DNA from: Eledone cirrhosa
Taxonomy: Eukaryota
Direction: 5' to 3'
DNA length: 64,000 nucleotides
NCBI GenBank assembly: GCA_964016885.1
Contig: OZ024742.1
Location: 234,360,001-234,424,000, forward strand
Under the pieces are notes generated by a model, which did not search any database, was not told the DNA's origin, and was given only the letters and a program-made list of their open reading frames with translations. This document shows, in pieces, positions 25,816-38,339 of this stretch (positions within the stretch are counted from its first letter, which is position 1; every line of letters starts with the position of its first letter). A program made the translations under genes and the position numbers.

Positions 25816-27989
25816 CTTCCTTACTTGTCTCAATTGTTATTGAAATGGTAATAGTGATGGAAACTTAAGTATTGAACAAGAACTAATAATGATAATAGAA
25901 ATATTAGATTTCAGGAATTAGATGGTGGTAATGATGTTGCTGCTGATGATAATTTGCTGTTTGCTGATTGTTATAATTAATTTAAGAACATTGGAATTGT
26001 TTTCTTCTGATATCACTGCAAATTCTTTGAAGTAATACAAGGCTGATCACAACACTTTACAATGATAAACAAGCATCCTCTTCTTATACATTTAAAGAGT
26101 GCTTTAAATGGAAAATAAAATATATGAATAAAATAAAAAAACATAGGAATCTTAGTCTTGGTAATTGATCCGTTATTGAATTAATGTCTCTGGTAATTTG
26201 TCATTAAAACAGAGGTGTTGTAATCTGATTCATATGTCTTGCCGATTCTCTCCTTTTTTACATCATTTACTTCACCCCACCTCACCAACACTTGTAAACT
26301 ATCATATTGAATATATATACATTATATGCATGTATAAAAGAAATAATTGTTTCTACGTTAGGCACAAGGCCAGCAATTACCCAGTGCATTACTGGTACTT
26401 TATTTTATCGACCCCGTAAGGATATTAAACTCATGTCAGGACAAACAATGGATGTTAAAAGCAAATAGAGGAACCTCTAACAAGGTCACTCGACCTCCTT
26501 GAAATAGTAGCCATATCTCCCTCAAATCATGTTTTATCATCATTATCATCAGTTTTATGTTCACTTTCTTGTGGTGGCATATGTTGGATGAGACTTAGAC
26601 AGTTTTCCTAAGGTTGGGTACCCTTCCTGTTACTAACACATACTTTATCTTTAAGTATGGTATGTACTACCTATCTTTGCACCAACACTACAATTTACAG
26701 AATGGCAAGGTTTTAGCACAATTTCTGTCTGCTAAATTTCACTCACAGCCTTTGATCAACCTGAGGCTGTAGTAAAAGTATACACAATGGCACTGAAATC
26801 CAGCCACGTGATTGGGAAGCCAACTTCTTAACCATACAACTTTGCTTGTGCCTATATAAATTATTAGGTGGCGAATTGGCAGAGTCGTTAGAATGTCAGA
26901 TAGAATGCTTTATGGTATGTGTTCCGGTTCTCTACTCTCAGAGTCCAAATCCTCCTGAGGTCAACTTTGCCTTTCATCCTTTCGAGGTCAATACAAAAAG
27001 TACCAGTCTAGTACTGGGGTCGATTCTTCCTCTATATTTCTTTCTCATTTCCTCTCTCTCACTTTCTCTGGAAGAAATTTGTTGTACCCATGCCTAAAGA
27101 GGGATGGGCTCCACCAGGCTTAAAATGGCCAAGAAACGCCATATGTCAATACGGCGCCCCTATGACTCTATCATGAGTTACGGGACCGTACATACATATA
27201 AAATATTATTTATTACACTATGTCTGGAAAGCCTACTCAATGTCTGTTCAATCAGCACTAACCTGGGGTTAAACAATAACAGTAACAACATTATTGTGGA
27301 ATGATGTCTTCAAATAATTAGACTTACTGGGTAGTGTATTGAGTGATAAGCCTTCTCCAATGCACACAATCCACTGCTGTTCTTTAACATCCATTCCAGG
27401 TGATGTTGATAGCCTTCAGATCATCTTGTCTGCTGTCAGGTGATCTTTGGTCTGCCCTTTTTCCTTTTGCCTCTAGGAGGAGTCCAAGTCATCGATGTTT
27501 TTGTATGCTAATGATTGGGTAGATGGAAGTTAGCTGATAAAAAAGGAGAGTGAAAGCATTGGGGTAGCCTCATAAAAACTAAATTGCTAAAGAAACAACA
27601 AGCAAAACTCAAGTAATTAGAAAAAATGTAATTGTGTCAATGCAACCAACCATATCCTTTCTTTGTCAAAATTGGTCACCTGTCTAGTGAAGAGATATTA
27701 TTAAAATAGTGATATGTAATATCATTAGTACTTAATATTAAGGGCAGTAGGTTGACAGAATTGTAGGCAAAATGTCTTGCTACATATAATTACTGCTCTT
27801 GACCTTTTGAGTTAAAATTCTGTCGAGGTCAATATTGCTTTTCATTTCTGAGAGGTTGATAAAATAAGTAATTGTCAATTACTGAAGTTGATTCAATTGA
27901 TTTTACACACCTCCAAAATTTGTGGTCTTGTGACACTGTTATAAGTCATCATCATTATTATTATTGTTATTGTAATTATCATTGATGTT

Positions 27990-29170
27990 ATTTAACTGGA
28001 AAAATTGCCCAAATCAACATCAAGCTGCTCCCTGCAGTCTCAAATACTCATGATGTATTGGAGGGTCCTTGCTGTTACCAGTAATGATGCTTTTGAAGTG
28101 TTCCAAAAAAAGCTGAGCTAATGATATTTAGCCAGTTTTGGAAACTCTTTGAGACAGTACCTAGTGTTCCTATGATGATGGGGGATGGGGGGTGGGGGGG
28201 GGGGGATGACCTTGATCTCATGACAGTCCCAAATCCTTTTCAGTTCCTACTTTAGATCCTGGTACTGGTTAATTTTCTTCTTCTCCTTTTCTTGCACTCT
28301 TGTGTCAAAGCGGCAAGTTACATCTATAATCAAGCAAGATCTTTTTCCTTGTCAAAAAACCACTAGGTCAGGCGTATTGTGTTCTAATTATTTGTCTGTT
28401 TGTATCTTGAAATCCCACAGCACCTTCATCCAGTCATTTTCCATCACTGATTCTGGCTTATGTTCATATCACTTCTCAGAGTTGGGTAAATCATTCAGTT
28501 TGCATAAATACCAGTGAAACACCTTTCCTATGGTATCGTGCCTCCATCCTTTATAATGAGTCTGGGCTAGCTGTTTACACTTGGATATGATGTAGCCACG
28601 GTTTCCTCTCTCTTTCCATAGATTCTACAGAGTGGGCTAGCTTCCCCCCTTGTCAATATGATGTTTCATCCATTTCATTCTAAGGGCTTCCTCCTGTGCA
28701 ACCAGCAACATTCCTTTCGTAGCTTTCTTAACCAGTCTCATGTCTGCAGATATCTGAATTCTGTTTTCTTCAGAAAGATGCTATGAAGAGCTTTTTGATT
28801 TAGGTTGTTCTTCCTTTTTGTCATTACTTCTTTCTTGGATATCTCCTGGTCTATTATATGCTCCTTCAATACAGCTTTCATCATTGGCTCGTTACTTTTA
28901 AACACATATTTATGTAAACAGCTTGGTATCTTGATTCCTTTGCTTCTCTTGAATTTGCTCTTCCTCATCACTAGGATTCTACACTTATTAATACCAAATT
29001 CCATACAAATATCAATGCTGAAAATATGAACAGTATTAACAAGTACATCTAACTCCTTCTTGTTCTTCTTAAAGAGTTTTAAGTTGTCCATGAAGGGGAG
29101 GTAGTTGATGGTAAGCTCTCTTCTTTTCAGTTTGTATCAAGCCTTCATTCTTTTCAATACCAGGAACAAG
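27990..29170 (-). mobile_element. Degraded R4/Dong-type LINE (RT C-terminus, Zn knuckle, restriction-like endonuclease)
   Basis: Minus strand: FMDNLKLF..FSIDICMEFGINKC; AQEEAL; CKQLAQTHYKGWRHD; YEHKPESVMEN..VLWDFKIQTD..TPDLVVFDKE..CLIIDV. The 3' end abuts an (AAT)n-like tract. Confidence 0.75.
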
Positions 29171-29172
29171 GG

Positions 29173-29219
<47 letters not shown>

Positions 29220-30751
29220 TATCATCATCATCATCATTATTGCTTATCTTTATGCTTTGTGGTTGAATCCTGCCAAGACCAACTTTACTTACCTTCAGAT
29301 AAACTAAAATTTTGGATTATTACCAAGTTTTATGGGATGAAAATTCTCTTTTCCTAAATTATTTTGTAAATGGAGCAAATTAAAACATGTTATTGTTTAC
29401 CTAGTACATGCTGTATTTATTATTTCATGTGTGTTTACATTCTCCTCAGTATGGCTTCTCATTCCGGAGAAGAAAAGCCCTTCACTCCAACCCAAGTAAC
29501 AGGAAAAATGTACATCACAGACTACAGACAGAAATAAGAAGAAAACCAACATAATTAAACAAGCAGACATACACCATGTTGAAGGAGAAAAATAATGCAA
29601 TTTTAACAAATGGAAACATTTATTTACACTATACTAACAAAATCATTTATAATTATTTTATTATTAGCATTACTATCCAAAGAGAAGTATTAGATAGTAC
29701 CAATTAAGAAAAAAAAAAGGGTGGTAGCCTCTTTGTAATATTTTACAGCAGGATGTCCTTCCTGACACTTACCCTTTTAGTCACCTCTTAGGACACATAC
29801 TCAGGGATATGGTGTTCTATTCTAAACCAGATACACATGGTGGTTATCATTATCATCATCATTGTTTGATGTCTATTCTCTCTGCTAGCAAGGGTTGAAC
29901 GTGTCATCACAGTCTGGTCTGTACTGAAGCAGAGCCTATGACCTCTAGGTGGGCCGAGGGCCCAACATATGATCATGTATTCTACCTAGAATATTTTATT
30001 GTGGCACCAACACTAGTGAAATTGTCATATGTTTGACATAGCTGAAGAGTCCTCCCCAGCTTTTGCATGGTAGGTTTTCTCTAGCTGGATGCCTTTCATG
30101 TCACCAACTACTTTACTGAGTGTACCAGGTGCATTAATCATATACATTACTCACACTAGGGAGGTTGTTCTGTCTTTAGCACAGCTGAAGAGTCCTCCTG
30201 ACCCTTTGTTTGGCAAGCATTCAATGGCTGGACACCCATCTTATCACCAGCCATGATAATTTACTAGCAACTTAACACTAGTAGTTTAGGTTATATTTAG
30301 CATTATTGAGGTAATACACTTCAATTTGATATTTGTAATGAAAATGAAATTCAAGAATATGAACAATTTATAAATTAACCACTAATCATCATCACCATCA
30401 TCATCATCATTTAAAAAATCTTGTTTTTTCATGCTGACATGGGTTGGATTAGGTTGTAATAGACCACTGTCCCCACAAACAGGCTGGGGCAGGGTGAGGT
30501 TACATCTTGCTTACGTACATTCCAGCTGGATGCACTTCCTATCACCAACCACTTAATATAAATGGTGTAACATGAAGACGATGGGAATGACACAACAATG
30601 ACATTACAAGCACCATGGCAGATAAAAATATTTTTCAGTACCTAATTTCAGATAAAGAATGGCAAGATCTCTCTAGTGTAACTGAAAATGTGGTCACCGG
30701 CTGATAATAGATATGTGGTTCAAATCTTGACAGCAGGATTGTTGTTATTTT

Positions 30752-30965
30752 TAACCCTTTTATTATCATATTTCTCATGAAATACTCTCTATTTTGAAGG
30801 GTTTACTAAAATTATTGATTATTTCATTACTAAGATAGTGACTTAACACATGGTCTTATATAAAATTGTGAGATTTTAATTTAAATGGGAAGCTTTTTTA
30901 AAATGGATGGTTTTATTTCATAGAACCAGAGCCAATTTTTGCTAGAATGGTGCCAAAAGGGTTAA
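30752..30965. mobile_element. TTAA-flanked AT-rich MITE (piggyBac-like termini)
   Basis: TTAACCCTTTT...AAAAGGGTTAA ends. Related copies at ~13628-13882, 15889-16132, 32150-32776 (nested pair), 51690-51937, 59630-59811 and 61000-61111. Confidence 0.6.
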
Positions 30966-33130
30966 ATCTCAAATTTGGTGGAAATAGCATTAATTTGTGT
31001 GTGTGTGTGTGTGTGTGTGTGAGTGTCTATGTGTATGTGCACACGTGTGTGTGTGTGTGCGTTTGTGTGTACGTGTGTCATTGTTTATTTGTTTGCTGTA
31101 CTCATAAGATATTAAAGATATATGAATTTTCAATGCTTTCTTGGCTCTGAGACGAGTTTTGTATTTTAGTGTTGTATGATATTTGAAGTAAAATTTGAGT
31201 TCTCATCTTAAAGTACATGTGTACTGTTAGTCTATAAATATAAGGTCACTAGTCTAGAAAATGATAAAATTGTAATCATGTTATAAACAATAAAATATAT
31301 GAAGAAACATCAATATTTGTTTTCTATTTCAGCATTTTTCTCTAAATCTATATTTGACTAACAATAGTTCCTTAGTTCTTCTTTCACTAGTTTTAGTCAT
31401 CATGGCTAGTCATGTTAACCTTTCAAGTACATTACAGGATCTCTCTTTCCATATGCTGGTGCATATATGAATATGTAAGAGAGGAAGTGTCATCAACTGT
31501 GTAAACATGTTTGATACAACAAGAAAAGGCTTCCCATGGGTATCTCTGATTTCAATTGTCATTGTAGCAAGGATATGTCATTCAATATTGTGCCTGCTTT
31601 CCCTTATGAAATGTAACTTAACGGTATAGTTTGTTTTAGGTATGTTTGTGTTAGTGAGTTTCTGTATGTGGGTGTTTTGACATGTCATTTATTATAGGAT
31701 GAGTGTGATTGGGTGAGTTGTTGTTGCTTAGCACCAGATTAGCTCCAATTAAACAGATCTATTAGTGAAAGATACACCTTCCATGACCATCATGTCAGTT
31801 TGTTTTTCAAACACACTGTATTTAGAATCATATTATTGAATGACCTTTTTTGTAAGACAGTAGGGTTTAATTTGAGGGTAATTTGGCTGCTATTTCTAGC
31901 AGGTAAAATATATAGAGGCATACCTTGTTATTTTTCTTTTAGTGGTTGGCTTTATTATGATAGGACTGGTGCTCTTGTCATTAAAACATCCAAGAATCTT
32001 CCTATGTGATGCAACCTCAGAAGGCTGCCAAAACCTGTGAAGATCTGAGCTGTAGCAAAAAATAATAAAATAAAAAAAAGAGCTTATATTAGATAAACTC
32101 TTTTGATATTTTATTGTAGTATTTTTTATTCTTTACATTTTCTTATTTATTAACCCTTTCATTACCATATTTTATTGAAATACATTACTTGTGCTCTTCA
32201 ATTAATTTTGAAAATAACCAAGAATTTTGAGGGATTCAATCAATAACTAACTTTGTTATTAACCCTTTTGATACCAAACTGCCAGAAACCACACATGGTT
32301 CTATGATATAAAGCTGTATATTTTAAAGTGCTTACCTTCCATCATAATTTTATGTAAGAACATTTATTGAGTTATGTTCCAAACACCAGATTAATAATGA
32401 AAAAATTAGTTATTTTAATAGATTTGTAGCAACTAAGGTCATTGTAGTGAGGAGCCATAGAATAAGGAGCAAGCAAAACAAAAGGTACATAAATGACAAT
32501 GATTTGTAACAGAAGCAAAGTATGAAAATAAGCATGCAAAAAAAATGTAACTGGAACAATACAGATTCTTTCAAATTTTTGATTATTTTGAAAATAATAG
32601 GCAGTGTCTTTCATTAGTAATATGGTAATGAAAGGATTAAACTGCTGCTTGGAATATAACTTAACAAAAGATTCTTAACTGAAATGATGGAAAGGTTTAG
32701 ATTAAATATAGACATTTTTAAACAAGTAATTTTGTAATCCAAAATCATGGGCAGCCTTAAATATTAAAATGATTAATGGCAAGTATACCCTAAACACACA
32801 AAATTGCAAAGTGAAATGTTTTCACACTTCTGGTTTAGAACATTAGCAGGCTTTATTTTTGTTGTTTCTTTCCTATATATGTCCTTATATATATATACAC
32901 ACACAGACATTAGATAGTAACCATACTGATAGACTGTGTTCAAGAGTAGAGTTGATTATACTGAGCCCAGTAATTGGGGGTTATATATACAATATTTGGT
33001 TGATATTTATTTTATCAAGCTTGAAAGAATAAAAGGCAAAGTGAACCCAGGTGGGATTTAACATAAAAGGTCATAACCCCAGATACCCCAAGGCATTTTG
33101 TTCTATGTTCTAACAATTCTGTGAAAGGAC

Positions 33131-33178
<48 letters not shown>

Positions 33179-33251
33179 GTATAGTGGTAGCTATGGTGCT
33201 TCCATAGGCGGTATGCCAAAATTAGCACTCGATATTCATCAGAGTAGAGTG

Positions 33252-33600
33252 TATATATTATAAAGAAAACGAAAAATCAGTGATGCATCTGGACTTAGTT
33301 TATTTCGTGTTACAAATGTTTCGCCGGCATGTAGCTCGAGTCATGGTCCTTGTATGGATCTGGCTGATTCTACTTCTGTGGGTTCTTTCAGACACGGGTG
33401 TTATGTCCGGAGCAAATTTTATCACTGTGATAAAATTTGCTCCGGACATAACACCCGTGTCTGAAAGAACCCACAGAAGTAGAATCAACCAGATCCATAC
33501 AAGGACCATGACTCGAGCTACATGCCGGCGAAACATTTGTAACACAAAATAAACTAAGCCCAGATGCATCACTGATTTTTCGTTTTCTTTATAATATATA
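33252..33600. repeat. 349-bp near-perfect palindrome bounded by (TA)n
   Basis: Arms mirror around T33426 (ATCAC-T-GTGAT); three transition mismatches seen. Confidence 0.97.
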
Positions 33601-34032
33601 TATATATATATAATCAACATTACTATTTAATGTCTATTTTCCATGCTTGCATGGGTTAGACACGGTGTCATATTATGAGGTTAGACTGGACAGGTGACCA
33701 TATCTTGTCTATACAATCCATTTTTTGCTTGGTTTCCTATGGATGATTGCCTTTCCTAATGCTGACTGCATTTCAGCATGTACAGGGACCTTTTTCATGG
33801 CACTAGCACTATACACACACATATGTGTGTGTGTGTATACATACATATATATATAAGGGAGAGCATGAAAAGATGTAACATCATTACATTGCTTGTGCTA
33901 AACAGGAGTTGGCTTTTCATGGAGACTGCTATCATTTTAATAGAAAACTGAAAAGATTTATTGATTTGGGGCCAATGTCTAATTATCTTACACAATAAAC
34001 TATATATAAATATATTCTTTCATTATTTACAG

Positions 34033-34123
34033 ATCGGCTGTACTTTGCCACACTACGAGGCAGACCACGATCAAAGCCCAATGTTCACTATTTTTCTATT
34101 GATGAAGAACTTGTTTACGAAAA
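34033..34123 (+). CDS. CDC14: Cdc14 dual-specificity phosphatase, internal coding exon (equivalent to exon 2 of vertebrate CDC14A)
   Basis: Acceptor tttacAG at 34031-32 and donor GTgagt at 34124; 91 bp. Translates (G)[33 protein letters not shown], matching the Cdc14 N-terminal motif DRLYFATLR...[13 protein letters not shown]. Confidence 0.95.
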
Positions 34124-34608
34124 GTGAGTATTGTAAATGTTCTATGTGTTTTGATAATTTTCTTAATGGCTTGATTGGTTAACCCCCCTTTTTGGGTACA
34201 GAAGTACTTTACTTCAACATAATTAACTGTGCTTTTTTTGTTTGTGCAATGGGAAATAAAGATTAAATAATTACAAATTACTGGAAGGACATAGTGATTA
34301 TTGTTGTTTTTGTTTTTGTAATTATTACTGTTCTTGGCAGTTGTCTGTGTAATTTATTTATATACATATAATGTGTTCTGTGACTCATTGTTCCCAAGTT
34401 AGAAATGCTACCTTGATCTTTGGTGTAAAGAAAATAAATACCAGTAAAATATTGATGATACTCCAATTTTCTATGATCCTTCATTGGGCCTGTCACCAAC
34501 AACTGCCATGGCCCTTTTACTATTCAATGGTGCACTTTTAAATTTAGAAAATAAAATAAAAAGAAAACGCCCTGAAATAAGTTCCTTGAAGTCTTTTCTC
34601 CTATATAT

Positions 34609-34675
34609 ATAGGAAAAAGTATGACCCCGTCGAAACGGCTTGAGCTCTGCCGTCGGGGGTCATACTTTTTCCTAT
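34609..34675. repeat. Hairpin with perfect 20-bp stem
   Basis: ATAGGAAAAAGTATGACCCC (34609-34628) pairs with GGGGTCATACTTTTTCCTAT (34656-34675); an inner ACGGC/GCCGT pair is also possible. Confidence 0.92.
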
Positions 34676-34764
34676 TTCCCACTCTACTACCCTAAGTATT
34701 GAGTACTCTGGTCCATCTGGTTCCTTGCCGCAATTCCTTTGTTATATATATATATATATATATA

Positions 34765-36183
34765 TAGAAAGGATGAATATGAAATGAAAGTGCTTTTTTT
34801 AAAAAGGAATTTATTAGGTATTGACATATGTTTCTGTAACAGACGGAATACCTATGTATCGCTGCTGGCGTAATCATATAATGTTAGCAAGTATTCGATA
34901 GCAAATGTATAATCAGTTGTCACTTCTTCAGAGATTTTGGATAAATTGGATAAAATCAGAAAAATTGAAGTATTTATATTAGTAATAGAGGAAGAAAAAG
35001 AGGGGATAGTATATGACAGATGGTAAATTAATTTACTGCTAAACAAGTATATAATGGGTTTCTAATGAGAATACCATGAGTAAATCTAAATAAGAATTTT
35101 GGGAGTGCCAATTTTAATCTCTACTTGACCAATTGGACAGTGGACAGGGCTGGTCATTTGGTGCAGTAGTATTAATTATAAAGTGTCAATTGGGGAAGGG
35201 GGAGATTTCGATTGCTACTGAATAACATCAATGATAGTAGCCAGCTGGTATATGCATTAGGGAATTGAATCAAGAAATCAGAAATCTCATTTTATCTATA
35301 GCAGTTTATATTAAAAGGTAAATAATAGAAGAGTTGATAGAATTAAGACTAATAAAGAATGTTAATATCTATTTTGACAATCAAACGGAGATAAAGACAG
35401 GCGTTCAATCCTGGTAGTATTTATAATATGAACATGTAGATTTTAAGCGATGGTTACAGTATAACGATCGCTCTATTCTGTTATTTAATAAAATGTTTTT
35501 GGATTTCATAATACAAAATAATTCTACATTACATAATTTACAAAATTCCTGTCCATGGGAATATGGTGGGGCAGCCGCTTTTTTTTTTCCCATTTTAGGT
35601 GAAATTGTTGGTTATTTTCACGCAGCTGCCAAGCCTTGTCTGCGAGTGTTGTTACATAACGCTGGTTTTCATGTTTTATCGAGTAACGATGTCTATAAAG
35701 GCGTGATTTGAAAGAGGTGGCTGTAGATCCCACATAGTACCACTTCTGTCTATCCGATTCGATAGTACATTTGTATACGATGTTGCGTTCAAGACACTGA
35801 TTGTTCAACGGACACATTCCTGGTTGAACACAGTTGCAATTATAATTTTGCGTTGTTGTATTGTCATGGATGGGTTGATGAGGTTGCTTATGTAGGACAG
35901 GATGTTGTTTGTTGTTTTGTGATGTTATAGCTAATGTTTTACGTGTATTGTTATGTGTTGGAAGGCGTTTATACAACCGTTTTGCGTTAAGCTTTTTTAT
36001 ATGTTGTTCAATATTAGGGGCGGTTGAATATGAAAGTCGAATAGTGTTAGGGTTTAAGATCTTATTATATTTATGTGATGTTGGAAAGTGTTTTTTAACT
36101 AATCGAAAGAATTTTGAGGGTAGATTGGTTTTAATAGAGTTGTTATAGACCGGGTTATACCAAATATACTCCTTACATCGCCT
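34765..36183 (-). mobile_element. Inverted partial duplicate of the adjacent Penelope-like element (left arm of a 1.42-kb inverted repeat)
   Basis: Reverse complement of 36517-37935. Mirrored ORFs appear in the track (35524-36207 vs 36724-37176; 35405-35593 vs 37107-37295). Confidence 0.95.
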
Positions 36184-38042
36184 ACAGATACGATTAAACC
36201 GTTCCATAAACTAAATGAGAACCTTAAATATGTAAATACGAGTTTTAACCATCCACTCTCTATAATTAAATCCATCCCTAGAAATGTTTCTCTTAGAATC
36301 TCCCGCCTGTCGTCCAACCAACAAACCTTCAAAGAACATGCCGAATATTATGATGATGCACTTAGGAAAGCCGGTCACCTAGATAATATAGAGTATATAG
36401 TCGAAGATCACCAAAACACCCAAAATAAATCCCATAGGAGTAGAAATAGCACAGAATCACCACCATACATACACTACCGCAATAGACACAATAATAGTCG
36501 CACACCACCAAACAGAAGGCGATGTAAGGAGTATATTTGGTATAACCCGGTCTATAACAACTCTATTAAAACCAATCTACCCTCAAAATTCTTTCGATTA
36601 GTTAAAAAACACTTTCCAACATCACATAAATATAATAAGATCTTAAACCCTAACACTATTCGACTTTCATATTCAACCGCCCCTAATATTGAACAACATA
36701 TAAAAAAGCTTAACGCAAAACGGTTGTATAAACGCCTTCCAACACATAACAATACACGTAAAACATTAGCTATAACATCACAAAACAACAAACAACATCC
36801 TGTCCTACATAAGCAACCTCATCAACCCATCCATGACAATACAACAACGCAAAATTATAATTGCAACTGTGTTCAACCAGGAATGTGTCCGTTGAACAAT
36901 CAGTGTCTTGAACGCAACATCGTATACAAATGTACTATCGAATCGGATAGACAGAAGTGGTACTATGTGGGATCTACAGCCACCTCTTTCAAATCACGCC
37001 TTTATAGACATCGTTACTCGATAAAACATGAAAACCAGCGTTATGTAACAACACTCGCAGACAAGGCTTGGCAGCTGCGTGAAAATAACCAACAATTTCA
37101 CCTAAAATGGGAAAAAAAAAAGCGGCTGCCCCACCATATTCCCATGGACAGGAATTTTGTAAATTATGTAATGTAGAATTATTTTGTATTATGAAATCCA
37201 AAAACATTTTATTAAATAACAGAATAGAGCGATCGTTATACTGTAACCATCGCTTAAAATCTACATGTTCATATTATAAATACTACCAGGATTGAACGCC
37301 TGTCTTTATCTCCGTTTGATTGTCAAAATAGATATTAACATTCTTTATTAGTCTTAATTCTATCAACTCTTCTATTATTTACCTTTTAATATAAACTGCT
37401 ATAGATAAAATGAGATTTCTGATTTCTTGATTCAATTCCCTAATGCATATACCAGCTGGCTACTATCATTGATGTTATTCAGTAGCAATCGAAATCTCCC
37501 CCTTCCCCAATTGACACTTTATAATTAATACTACTGCACCAAATGACCAGCCCTGTCCACTGTCCAATTGGTCAAGTAGAGATTAAAATTGGCACTCCCA
37601 AAATTCTTATTTAGATTTACTCATGGTATTCTCATTAGAAACCCATTATATACTTGTTTAGTAGTAAATTAATTTACCATCTGTCATATACTATCCCCTC
37701 TTTTTCTTCCTCTATTACTAATATAAATACTTCAATTTTTCTGATTTTATCCAATTTATCCAAAATCTCTGAAGAAGTGACAACTGATTATACATTTGCT
37801 ATCGAATACTTGCTAACATTATATGATTACGCAAGCAGCGATACATAGGTATTCCGTCTGTTACAGAAACATATGTCAATACCTAATAAATTCCTTTTTA
37901 AAAAAAGCACTTTCATTTTATATTCATCCTTTCTACATTTTCTCCGGAATATAATTTATACTCGTTGAGCTAACCTGCACGTACGCTGTTCATCTCTAAC
38001 GTAACGATATATTATCACTACATTATTGATAACCTGAAATTT
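36184..38042 (+). mobile_element. 5'-truncated Naiad-like Penelope element: RT thumb, linker, Cys motif, GIY-YIG endonuclease, long 3' UTR
   Basis: Open frame from 36184: KPFHK..YVNTSFNHPLSIIKSIP..RISRLSS; IWYNPVYNNSIKTN..KHFP..IRLSYS; CNC..CPLNNQC..NIVYKC..YYVGST..FKSRLYRH. After a frameshift in the A-run at ~37112: CKLCNVE..LNNRIE..CNH. Ends at (TA)n. Confidence 0.85.
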
Positions 38043-38339
38043 TATATATATATATATATATATAAACATATATGTGTGTGTATTTGTATTTGTATATCTA
38101 GCAATATATGTTTGGAATATAACTTAACAAAAGATTCTTAACTGAAATGATAGAAAGGTTTAGATTAAATAGACATTTTTAAACAAGTAATTTTGTAATC
38201 CAAGATCATGGGCAGCCTTAAATATTAAAATGATTAATGGCAAGTATACCCTTATCATTTTAGGAAACATTTGTAAACAGCATGTTTACAAATAAACATT
38301 TGACAGCCTTTAGCTATGAATTTTGGAAGCTGATGACTA

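Noticed and set aside
33280-33620. Mirror ORFs of 90 and 106 aa on both strands
   Set aside because: A by-product of the palindrome; no recognisable protein motifs.
36184-37295. Selenocysteine recoding, as reported for some Naiad elements
   Set aside because: The conserved Cys positions here are TGT/TGC and I saw no in-frame TGA within the motifs; the break is a homopolymer frameshift.
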